From positions 1,922,001 through 1,986,000 of the forward strand of contig OU015569.1 of the NCBI GenBank assembly GCA_907165135.1: DNA of 64,000 nucleotides, read 5' to 3'. Shown here one piece after another: positions 23,923 to 37,668 of the stretch. The translations under genes and the position numbers were made by a program. Numbering within the stretch: position 1 is the first letter of the stretch; the number at the start of each line of letters is the position of its first letter. This DNA comes from Oikopleura dioica (lineage: Eukaryota > Animalia > Chordata). Below the pieces are notes generated by a model. The model was given only the letters and a program-made list of their open reading frames with translations, was not told the origin of the DNA and made no database searches.

Positions 23923-24112
23923 TTAAGCTTAAGCTCGTCTGTTTTTATCAGATACTCGTAATTTTTCATTTTTCTCAAATATATATTTTAATATTTTAAC
24001 AATTTATTTTTGCGCGGTTATTTTGGCCTGTCATCGCCGCAAAAGTTTTTTATATTTACAAAGGCATCTTTTATATTAAAATAAGAATTCTCAAGTGCAT
24101 ACGTTATAATTG

Positions 24113-24120
24113 TGTAAATA
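24113..24120 (+). promoter_or_regulatory. Pumilio-binding element (UGUAAAUA) in the putative CPEB 3'UTR
   Basis: Exact TGTAAATA near U-rich CPE-like motifs (e.g. TTTTTAT around 24046-24052). The extent of the UTR is not proven. Confidence 0.35.
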
Positions 24121-25207
24121 CTATATAAACAAATGGAAAAGCACCTTCTCAACCCCCAAGTGAACAACCCCATGACACTTAATTTTCACTGTGTTACTCC
24201 CCGCTGGTGCAACTTTGCTGATTCATATAAATTTATATCTTTTCGTAGAACAGCTTCTTTTCTCTCTTGTCGTGAAGCATTCAGTTCAGGGTAAGACGTT
24301 TGCTTAGAAAGACTTCGCCAACTGATGATTTTTAGTAAAGCGACTCTAGATCCCCAAAATAGCATTTTCGAATCTAAAAGCTCAATAAATTCATGTTCTA
24401 TAAGAGCTTTAGTTTCCCTTAGCAAAGTTCTCTTCCTTGATTTCAGAATAGATTTTTTAAAACCAAATCTATCTATTTTTATAATGTTAAAAATCTAATT
24501 CTTGGAAAAACACGAAAAGCTCCCGAATCCCCGTTTCCCATATTTTTCTATAATCGTTTTACTAAAACACATCGGTGAAGGGTTGTACTCAAAGCACGTT
24601 CTGCCTATTTATCAGCCCATCGCAAAAACAACAATTACGAAGCAGACCTGTAGAAATTAGCCAGTTGCCGAACTCCTGGAGCTCTAAAGCACTGCTACAT
24701 TACAGAGGAGATTCTAGCTTCTTCAAAGAGTCCATCGCTTATTTTTTGACTGGTCAGTTTTCAAATTTCTTTCTTCAAAAATCTACCCCTTTCACCTTTC
24801 ACACTTGACCAAGTTAGTACAGTAAGACGGATTCTAGCTTTAAATGGCAGCCCTTTTCCCCAGAATGTGACATTTCAATGTGCCCTTATTCTTTTTTCTC
24901 AGCCGCGGATTTTCTATTTTTCCTTCTAAAAACTCTTGCATGAGCTGGCTGCCGAGATTTTTAATTCGAAACTTTTGACTGTTTAAATTACTGAAACTGT
25001 ATAATTCAAAAAATATTGCAAACTAAAAACTTTATTAAAAAAAACAAGAATTCTGGAGTTTTCCGACTCTTCCCACCCGCCAGATGTCTTCCCACAACTA
25101 CTAGATTGATATTTTTCTTATAATCAAAAATAATAAAATAAAAAAGGCTCAAGAAATGCAAAGTGCCTGACAAAGGTGAGAATTTATATATCCGATTCTA
25201 GGATCCG

Positions 25208-25321
25208 CAACCTGTGTAGAAAGCCTGAGTTCAGGGTTTGAGAAAGCTTGCTAAGTTGCTTCATTTTTGTAAAAGCCGGTTAGCTATTCCAAATCCTGAC
25301 TCAGGTTTCCTACACAGGTTG
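25208..25321. mobile_element. 114-bp MITE-like inverted repeat
   Basis: CAACCTGTGTAGAAAGCCTGAGTTCAGG (25208-25235) versus the reverse complement of 25295-25321, CAACCTGTGTAGGAAACCTGAGTCAGG. No clear TSD. Confidence 0.6.
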
Positions 25322-25557
25322 ACGCCCCCAGATCAAAGTGTCTTTCTTTTTCTAACTTGATCTCGCTCTTTGCATTCTTTGTGTCGATTTATACTTATTT
25401 ATAACATTTGTATGTGTATCTCGCCCACTTTTCTACATTTGTAAAACAATTTCTTCGTTTCGGCATCGCTCGATACCGAAATGCTCATGCCTTATAATAA
25501 AAAGCGAAAACAAGAAGTGACTTGGAACGGAACTAATTTCTGTTTCTCTCTTTAGAA

Positions 25558-26534
25558 ATGCAGAAGCCGAAGATGTTGCCAGTTTTGCCGGTTTCGCACC
25601 GCATCGACTACTTGTTCGAAGTCGCCGAGACGGTTTCCATCGAAATGATGAAGGAGCGCGACTGCATGATTCTCCCTGTTGAAGCAGTCGCTGATGAAGT
25701 GGCCAAGTTGCTACCTGATAGGCCGCAAGGCCAGCATTCGATGCGAGCGCCTGGCTATCTCTTCCGCTACATGCTGGATGTACTGTCGCTTATTGCACCT
25801 ACTCCTCGGATCGAGTATCGACTGAAGGCGCGGACAAACCGTTTGCTTCACGATGGCACGCACGTCCACCTCTTGAATCAAAAGTACTGGTTCCCCTCGC
25901 CGACCTCTTTTATCGCTAGGAGTGCATGCCGAGTCAGATTGCCTAATCATATCACCCGTCATGTCTTCGACCTTACAGTAAACTTCCAGTGCATCCAGGG
26001 TTATTGGTACAATCGAAAGAAAGAGAAGGGCTTGCTTCTCACCCCTCTTGGCCAAAGTATCGGTAACGAATCAGTGAGCTTTCTTTTTTATCGTTTGTTT
26101 CAGTCGAAGACTACGGCTGCTTCGCCACCTATTTATTAGAACGCTGCAAGCAATACCGACCGAACTGGAGCGAGGAGGACGTGAAATTATACAAAAAGCG
26201 TTTGATAGGTCAAATTTTGAATATTTTGGAGAAGCAGGTGAATCACACCACGATCGTGGACATGGCCTATTTGACATTTTATTCGTTCTCGCATGTGCCG
26301 ATGATTGTGGACACTGAGCTGATCTACAGACTCACCGAATCGGACGCGAAATTCGAAAGAGACGGGCTCTTTTTGAAGAGAGCGGGATTCAGAGGATTTT
26401 ACGTCAATCCGGGAGAAATGGACGACGAATGGAACTCGCTGGATCCTGAAGAAGACGTAACGGACGACGTAGCGAAATTGGGCGACGATGACATTCTGCA
26501 GTCTTCGATCGTCTCCGAAGAAACATGGGAATAG
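25558..26534 (+). CDS. Hypothetical protein with acidic C-terminal tail (possible upstream exon ending about 25175)
   Basis: Two long open exons (about 25558-26064 and 26140-26534) joined by a GT-AG intron. Globular-looking composition, no recognised motif. Confidence 0.7.
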
Positions 26535-26654
26535 TTCCCTGGATCGCTCTCCAAGAGACTTTTGCCACTTACTGCCCTTAGACTTCATTTATTCCCTCTA
26601 GCTGTACATACACGACTGAAAAAGCAAACCTAGTCGAACTTCCTTTTTATTAGA

Positions 26655-28807
26655 ATGGGCGTCGAAAATGATTCTGCGACGCTGGAAATTAGCAAGAAAA
26701 GGAGACTCGGGTTTGACAAGAAGCAAGCGACGTTTTCGTCTATGTCTTCGTCGCTTATGATGACGTCCGCTCTGCGACAGAAAGAACGATTCAAAGCGTT
26801 CGTAGAATTCTCGACGGCGATAGACGAAAAGCTAAGAAAACTGCATTTGAACATGACCGAGCGGGTGTTTCGGGATATTCTGATGTATGTTTCTGAAGTA
26901 GAAAGCCTCATGGACGCGGAACGAGTGATCGAAGACAGCGTTCGTCTTCTGCCAGTGATTTGCTTCAACACCGGCATCAATCTAGCCGATCACAAGGAGA
27001 CGTTTAAAATCCTCGGCAAATATCTCGAGAAGGAGCTGGGCGAGTCAAACATAAAAGTGTGCAGACTCGCGGCAAGCAAGGTGACGACGCTGAAATCGAC
27101 CTTCGCAAGCATGTGCAACCAGCTGGGCGTCAAGTACTCGGTCGACGCGACGATCACAAACATTGAGAAGCACTTTCGTCAAGAACAACTTCAACTGGAC
27201 GAAGAAGAGCTGCAAAAGACGCAAGAGCCACTGATCGTCATTATTCTGGAAAACTGCGAGGCCATCGACATTCGAATCTTTTCGAAGTTCCTGGAGATCA
27301 TCGCAAATGCGCAGAGCAAGCTCAAGATCATGGTCATCCTCGGAATAGCTACTGACACCGAAATGCTCAAAGATCTAATCCCATATGAAGCGCTTTCGCT
27401 TTGCGATATCAAACAGTTTCGCTGCTTGGCGGCGACGCATTACCTCCAAGAATTCCTCGACGCGGAAGTTATGCATCCTGATTCATACTTCCAACTTTCT
27501 GGTCGCTGTTTCGAGTGGTCCCTTATTGAGTTTCTTAGGTAGCGTACCCATATCGAACTGCATTCGAACTAATCCGTGATTAAGCCATGACTTCTCTGTG
27601 GCAAACTATGCCTCAAAGTTAAAGTTTGCAGCTTTGGCGCATTACTCAAACTACTTTGCTTCTTTCGCTTGTTGGCCTCGAGAAAAGTCACTTGAAATTG
27701 CGAAAACGATCAGCAAACGAGAAATCGCTATTGTCAACTCTCTTCCTTCAGTAAAACAAAGTCCGATTTCCTCGGCAGCGGAGTTCGTCGCAGCAATAGA
27801 AGAATTCTTCGACAACGAGCGAAAGACGCGCATGTTGCTCAAGTGTCTGCTCTCTGTTCAAAGTCACTTCATCGACCCTGTTTTCGGAACGCGCTCGCCA
27901 AATATATATGCGTTCGTTATCGGAAGCGATCTACAAGTCCACCGAATATCGAAAGTTTATTACTTACTACGGAGTCCTCGACTTAAAATCCTTCCAAAAA
28001 TCAATTGAAGAGCTTTGGAAACTCCTTGGGAGCTCCCCAGGGATAGAGAATTTTCCGATGCTTAGTGAAGCCGTTTCCGATACATTTGATCGCTTACAAA
28101 ATGAGGACTTGAACAAATTACTCGAAGACCCCGACCTCAAGGAACCAGAAATTAAGCGGCCGAAGAGAGCAGCGAAGAATGCATTCGAGCTTCAAAAGCA
28201 ACTCAAGGACATGGCGCTACAGAATAAGCCGGGTCCGAAGACCGTTTTTCAGGTACGATTTAGTCAATTATTTTCTTATAAAAACTTTTTCAATAGGAGG
28301 TCAGAAAGGAATTCTGCGGGAGACTAGATAAAATCGTCGAAAAATACTTGAGTAAGGCGCGACAAGAAAAGCCTTTCGCGGAGATTTTCTTCTTTTACAA
28401 ACTCAAACTGGTCGACAACAAGATGGTCCCTCCGATGGTCAATAACATCGAGCGCTCCCTTAAGAATCCGTTTCAATACACTAAGTAAGCGACTCGCTTA
28501 TTTCAAAATATCGAATATGAAATTAAGGGACGAAAAGATGCAACTGGTAAACGCAGATAGCAGTAATCCCAACCTTCCGCCTGTGTGTGTTGCTTTCAAG
28601 CTCTTTACTCAAATGGGTTCGATGGTGAATGTCGCAGACTGGCTTGACTCCTTCAAGTGTATTCTTGAAACCAGAAACAAGAAAATCAAGAAGGAAGACT
28701 TGGATGCCACGTTTTTTCAATCAGTCAGCGATCTTCAGTTTCTCGGCCTTCTGAAACCCACACAGCGAAAAACCGATCACGTCCAGAAAGTCACCTGGGC
28801 ACTTTGA
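26655..28807 (+). CDS. ORC3: Origin recognition complex subunit 3 (one apparent frameshift at about 27925)
   Basis: LPVICFNTGINLADHKETF, LIVIILENCEAID, FLSHDFSVANY, and a C-terminal winged helix PPVCVAFKL...VNVADWLDSF...FFQSVSDLQFLGLLKPTQRKTDHVQKVTW. Confidence 0.95.
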
Positions 28808-28900
28808 ACATTAGAATTCACTTGTTTATCCAATTATCACTGCCTCTCAAATTAAAAACTAGGTCTGTCATCCTTTAGACTCTCAAAGGTCACTTTCAGC

Positions 28901-30264
28901 ATGACTCGGGCGAAATGCAAGGATGGCATCAAGAATATCTTGAAGTTGAGTTCTTGCGGCATCGTTCCACCCGCGTTGTATGTATCTGGTGCGGCTGGTT
29001 GTGGCAAGACGCACATGCTGAAGCAGATCATTGCGGAAAGACGGATGGAGGAGCCAGTCGATGTGGTTTTTATTAAATCGAATGAAATCTATTCTTCGCG
29101 GCTCTTTTACGAAGCCATTGTTAATGGTGTTCATGAGGCGACCGGAAGTGACACAAAACTACCGGTCATTGGCGACAATCCAAGGTGAACATCTATTTTC
29201 CCTCAATTCAGTCGAGTTACTTCTATAAAAGCTCAATGTTCTACGTTGTTGGAGAACTGTTGGCGGCACATGAGCGTCCAGTTTTCGTCGTGATCGAGCG
29301 GGCAGACTTGTTCATCAAGAATCTGCCAGAAGCAGCGACATCCCTCGCTCAACATGAAAAGTTTATACCAGACAATCGCTTGTGCGTCATTTTCGAGTCT
29401 CGAGTTGCCTTTCACTCCGTCATCTATCCAAAATCGGCAGTGTCGCCAGTGATCTTTCCCCTCCCGGAGTACAGCTCTCAAGAAGTTGAAGCTATTCTGC
29501 GCAAAGAGAAGCCCGCTGACATGTCCGACGTGCTCTTTCACAATTTCATTCAAGCGATTATGGGTTATTTCTACTTATCGACGCACGATTTGCGTTTGCT
29601 CAAGTACGTGGTGCAAGAGCAGCTGCCAGTGTATGCAAAGCCCGTGCTAGATGGAGATGTAAGCGAGAACTCGGCGATCTTGCTGTGGCGGAAAATTGAG
29701 CCGACATTCAGAGCGGCAAGAGCAAGTTTGTTCTTGAAGTCGAGTCAAGAGGAAGACAATCATGTGTAAGCTTATAGAACACAAGCATCGTTCTCTTTCT
29801 TACAGCGCTTTAGAATTGACTTGCCTTACTTCTCCAAACACTTGTTGATCGCTTCCTACCTTGCTTCATTCAATCCTCCGAAAACGGACAAAAGATACTT
29901 CCTCAAGAACGCTGGCAAGATTAAAAAGAAACGAACTTTTCGAGGGCCTGAAGTGAAACAGCGACTGATCGGGCCTCTCCAGTTTTCTATGGACCGGCTT
30001 ATTGCCATTTTTGAATCGATTACAGAATCTGAGGACCGCAGTATTTCGATTTTATCACAACTCAGAACTCTCGTTAAGCTCAAGCTTATCACAATTGGTA
30101 AGGAAGTAAGTCGGTGCATTGATTTAAAAATTTACCGTTTAGCTTCGAGCGACACACAAGTTCTTCAACCAAAGATGAAATGCAATTGCTCCGAAGACTT
30201 CATGCGCAAAATTGCCCACTCTGTCCGCTTCGAGTTGGACTCGTATCTTTTCGACAATGTCTAG
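28901..30264 (+). CDS. ORC5: Origin recognition complex subunit 5
   Basis: Walker A LYVSGAAGCGKT, FVVIERADLF, IFPLPEYSSQEV, and C-terminal LPYFSKHLLIASYLASFNPPKTDKRYF...LIGPLQFSMDRLIAIF. Confidence 0.95.
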
Positions 30265-30377
30265 ATATTTTTTGCTTCGTTTCCTAGGCGCATCCAAGTT
30301 ACACTCACAGCCACATTTACAGTTCTTATCGACTTTCTTATTTCAGACCTAACTCGGAGTGAATGATATGATAGTAC

Positions 30378-33332
30378 ATGAATGGCGGTGATAAGATGCT
30401 TTTCGCTGAGCAAGCTGCGCGTTCGGATCCATCCGAGGTAACAAAGAAACTTGGCACTTCAGCTGAACGAGGTCTCTCTTCCGTTCAAGTTACCGAAAAA
30501 CGGCGTCTATATGGAAGCAATGAGCTCAAACCGCCCCAACCACCGCCTATTTGGAAAAGATATTTGAGCCAGTTCAAGGATCCGCTCATCGGATTGCTTG
30601 TTGGCTCGGCCCTTGTCTCGGTCCTGACAGGCCAATTTGATGATGCAATTTCAATCTTCATCGCACTCGTTATCGTCGTCAGTGTTGGCTTCATTCAGGT
30701 AGCGAAAACAATTATTTCAACATTTGATCATCTTTGATTTTCAGGAATACCGATCAGAGCAGGCCCTTGAAAAATTAACAAAATTAGTTCCCCCAAAAGC
30801 GCGTGTTGTGCGCGATGGGCGCGAGGTCGACATGCTCGCTTCTGAACTCGTTTCTGGCGATTTAGTCATTCTCAAAACTGGAGATCGCGTTCCTGCCGAC
30901 ATAAGAATCATCAGCCAAAATGGTTTTCTCGTTGACGAGAGCTCAATGACTGGTGAGCCAGAGCCACAAGCGAAAACCATTGAGTCGATCGTTGTTGTTG
31001 GGACTTCTCAAACTTACAGCAATATGGCCTACATGGGATGTCTTGTCTTATCAGGCAATTGTCGAGGTATCGTCACTGCGATAGGAGAAAGCTCGCAGTT
31101 CGGTGAAATGGTCAAGCTCCTCTCTCAAGAAGAACCCCCGAGGACTCCACTTCAAGTTTCTATGGACAAACTAGGCCAACAACTGTCCTTTGTTTCCTTC
31201 GGCGTCATCGGAGTCATCTTCTTGATAGGCATGATCCAGGGCAAGGGTGTTTTGGAAATGTTCACGATGGGCGTCTCCTTGGCTGTCGCCGCTATTCCAG
31301 AAGGTCTCCCAATTGTCGTTACAGTAACACTCGCTCTTGGTGTATTGCGAATGGCCTCTCACAATGCTGTAGTGCGTCGTCTTCCAGCAGTGGAAACGCT
31401 TGGTAGCGTCGATGTTCTTTGTTCGGACAAAACTGGAACATTGACGAAAGGCGAAATGGCCGTGACTGAAGCTTTACTCTCCGATGGCTCAAGAGCGAGC
31501 ATCGGGCAGTTGGTCATGCTCCATGGTGAAGTTCAGCACGGACGATCACATCCACTCATGGAAGCATTGACGACAGCATGCGTAGTGTGCAACAACGTCC
31601 AGCCGACGTATGGTAAAAAAAGAGGCCTTGGCAATCCAACAGAAGCAGCGTTGATGGGCTTCGCTCAGAAACTAGGACTCGAAGATCTGCGGAATGACTG
31701 GCAACGTGTCAAAGAAATCCCATTCACTTCAGATTCTAAAACGATGGCGGTACAGGCTGTCTACAACAGAGATCCCGATCGCAAGCCATTGTGGTTCGTA
31801 AAAGGTGCACCAGAGATCATCCTCGAAAAATGTTTTCTCTTCCAAACACGGGATGGGCGACAAAATCTAACTACGAAAACAAGGATATCACTAAATGATC
31901 ACGCGACGTATATGATGAATCAGGGTCTTCGTGTTCTAGCAATTGCCAAGGGAGAGAAAACGCCCGACGAGTTAATATTCCTTGGTCTAGTCGGGATTTC
32001 TGATCCACCGCGACCGTCCGCCTCGAAAGCAGTCGCCGAGCTCCGTGAAAGAGGTGTCGAACTCAAAATGATCACTGGAGGTAATTTCAAATCTTATTGC
32101 GAATCTCAATCATATTGTCCTATATTTTCTTTTCAGATGCCCGTGAGACGGCTCTTGCTATCGCTGCCAAGCTTGGAATAGGCCGGGATTTCGCAGTATC
32201 AGGAGAAGAAGTCAGCAATCTGGATGCAACCGAACTGACCCGATTAGCGAACAAAGCAAATGTGTTCTATCGCACATCGCCTCAGCACAAACTTAAAATT
32301 GTCAAAGTATGTTCAATTTGATTATTCATATTCATTAAAATATTTCAGGCGCTTCAACTCTGTGGAAGAACAGTTGGAATGATAGGAGATGGGGTAAACG
32401 ATGCGGTAGCCGTGAAAAAGGCCGACATTGGCATATCAATGGGAGTTAATGGAACTGACGTTTGCCGAGAAGCCGCGGATATGGTTCTTTTAGGTGCTAA
32501 TAAGTATTCCACAAACTTTTTACACATTTTAAGATGATAACTTGCAAACGATCGTTCCAGCGATTGAAGAGGGAAAATCAATTTTCTACAATATCCGCAA
32601 CTTCGTTACTTTTCAGCTTTCTACCTCAATCGCTGCGCTGAGTCTCATCGCTATCTCGACAATACTAGGCCTGCCATCGCCACTAAACGCCATGCAGGTG
32701 CTATGGATTAATATACTTATGGACGGACCTCCAGCACAGAGTCTCGGGCTGGAGCCCAGCGATCCCGACCTTACCAAGGGCAAGCCAAGGCCAAGAGGGC
32801 AAAAACTATTGAACAAGAGCATCATCAAAAGGATACTTATCAATGCTACTTTGATTCTTTGCGGGACACTTTGGGTCCTGACCAGAGAATATCTAGGTAC
32901 ACAAGGTTGGATTTTGTCGTCTCTATAAGCTGTTTTAAGACGATGGGCGGCTTTCTGATCACGAGAGAACAATGACCTTTACCTGCTTCGTTTTCTTCGA
33001 CATGATGAATGCACTTGCCTGTCGATCCCAGACGAAATCAATTCGTCATCTTCCTCCGAATAAACCGCTTTTCATTGCCGTCTCTTTGTCCATCGTCGCT
33101 CAGTGTAAGTTCCTTTGCCATTCAGCGTTTTCTTAAGAGCTCGTATTTAGTACTCGTTGTCTATTGGGCGCCACTGCAGTCCGTGTTCCAAACACAATCA
33201 CTGTCTCTCAAGGACATGATGACGATAGTCGTTATTTCTTCATCGGTGCTAGTGACTTCCGAGTGGATGAAGTACAAGAGCCGTACTCAACGGAAACCTG
33301 CCGGATCGCCTGTGCTGCGTGAAGTCATCTGA
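30378..33332 (+). CDS. ATP2C1: Secretory pathway Ca2+/Mn2+-ATPase (P-type IIA, SPCA)
   Basis: [26 protein letters not shown], phosphorylation motif [32 protein letters not shown], and [18 protein letters not shown]. Confidence 0.96.
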
Positions 33333-33813
33333 AAATAGCTTTAATCAAGATCGAACTGCTCAGAGTTTGAGTGCTGTTTTGAATCGCCAAGTAGTGTCTT
33401 AAGTGAATTTTACCTGCCCAAAGAACTTGCTATCATATTTATATACATATATCTTCTTTTTCATTCATTCTCGACTTGTGCAATATTTAATCTAATAAAT
33501 TTAAAAATATTACATCTTCTTATCGTTTTTTCTCGAGAACTGGCGACAAAAACGACGTATTTCTGTTGTTGCAGGCACACGTCTTTTCAAAGTGCAAGAA
33601 GTAAAATGTGCGTTAGTGTAGAATGGTGTTGTAAATGAATTCGGAAGAGAAACGGCGCAAACTTGAAAGCAACAAAATAGTTCTACCGCCGCTCAGTACA
33701 GTAACACATCGTCAAATTCTGGAGCAATTAGCGACAAGCGACTCTACAAGCATTGAACTCCCCTCTGGATCGGGGACGTCAATATTTACCGTCGAAAAGT
33801 TCCAGCCGGGGAA

Positions 33814-36587
<2,774 letters not shown>

Positions 36588-36891
36588 CTCAAAGTAGTGA
36601 CAGAAAGTGCACATGCCAAATATCTTCAAAATTCTGTTTATTTATTTCAACGACTGGTTTTTTACTGTCTTGATTGAGTGGCGCGTTCTAACTGAAGCTG
36701 GAGTTAGTACTGAGCGAAGCTCAATAAGCTCGACTGTGGAATATTTAACTTATCATTCTTCTTCTTTTTCTGTAGCGCTTGCCTTGCGAAATTCATTCAC
36801 CGAGGGTGCAACAATTCAGTTACTTCATGACTAAAACCTACTGCTTAGAAAAGTGTTCTCAGCTTTCTTCATTCAGAATAACAACAAAAAT

Positions 36892-37379
36892 ATGAATCCA
36901 CTGATAAAACAAGTGCTCCAGCGATTTCTCAAGTCACAGGGACGAAGAATCCTGATGCGCGGCGCGGCTAGACTTGCGGCTGGCCTGGGAGCAGGTTAAC
37001 GCCTGTTTTGAAATAGATTTTTAATAGTTTTCTAGCTGGTGCTGGGGCGGCGGCTAGTGGTGCCGCTGGAGCTGGAGCCGCAGCAGGTGCCAGTGCTGGA
37101 GCTGCTGCCGCCGGGGCAGGAGCCGCTGCTGCTGGGGCTGGAGCAAGTGCTGCTTCTCTCGGAGCTGTTGCCCAAGTCGCCGGTCGAATCCCCGCTGCGA
37201 TGTACCCGATCACTATTCCAGTCATGATGCTCGTCGTGTACGGAAGCGAATACTTAGAAGGCGACGAAAAGAAAGAAACTGTAGTGACAAAAAGCATAAT
37301 CGAGAAGAGACGAGAAAGACTCGCGAAAGAGCAAAGTGAAGATAATAACTCGACTGATAACAAAAGCTTATCTCTGTAA
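36892..37379 (+). CDS. 148-aa Gly/Ala-rich probable membrane protein (exons 36892-36994 and 37036-37379)
   Basis: In-frame splicing across a 41-nt GT-AG intron. Basic amphipathic N-terminus, (AGAAAAG)-like Gly/Ala tract, hydrophobic AMYPITIPVMMLVVY segment and charged tail. Preceded by a ttcattcag acceptor. Confidence 0.75.
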
Positions 37380-37668
37380 AATATATTTTATTTTTCGATT
37401 CAAAGCAAATAAAAAGAAGGATCATGGAAATGCAAACTATTGATTCTTTTTTTTATTTTCTGCATCAGCATTTTGAATATGAAATCATAGAAGAGTTTGA
37501 GGCAACGTAATTCTGGTTTACTCGTACCTTTGCAAGTTTTAGATAGTGTTAGTATTTTCAGTAGTTTATTCATAAAAAAGTCTTCAAAAGTGTGATCAGT
37601 ATCAATGGTTTATGTATCCGTCAAATAAAAATATGGCTAGTTGCAGACCTACTACTTCAGGACGAGAT

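Noticed and set aside
24186-24808. ORFs between CPEB and the orphan gene
   Set aside because: Short, non-ATG or AT-rich, with no splice-consistent chain or motif.
36968-37363. Minus-strand Ala/Pro-repeat ORF in the ORF track
   Set aside because: It is the antisense shadow of the Gly/Ala gene, whose plus-strand frame has proper splice sites and an ATG context.
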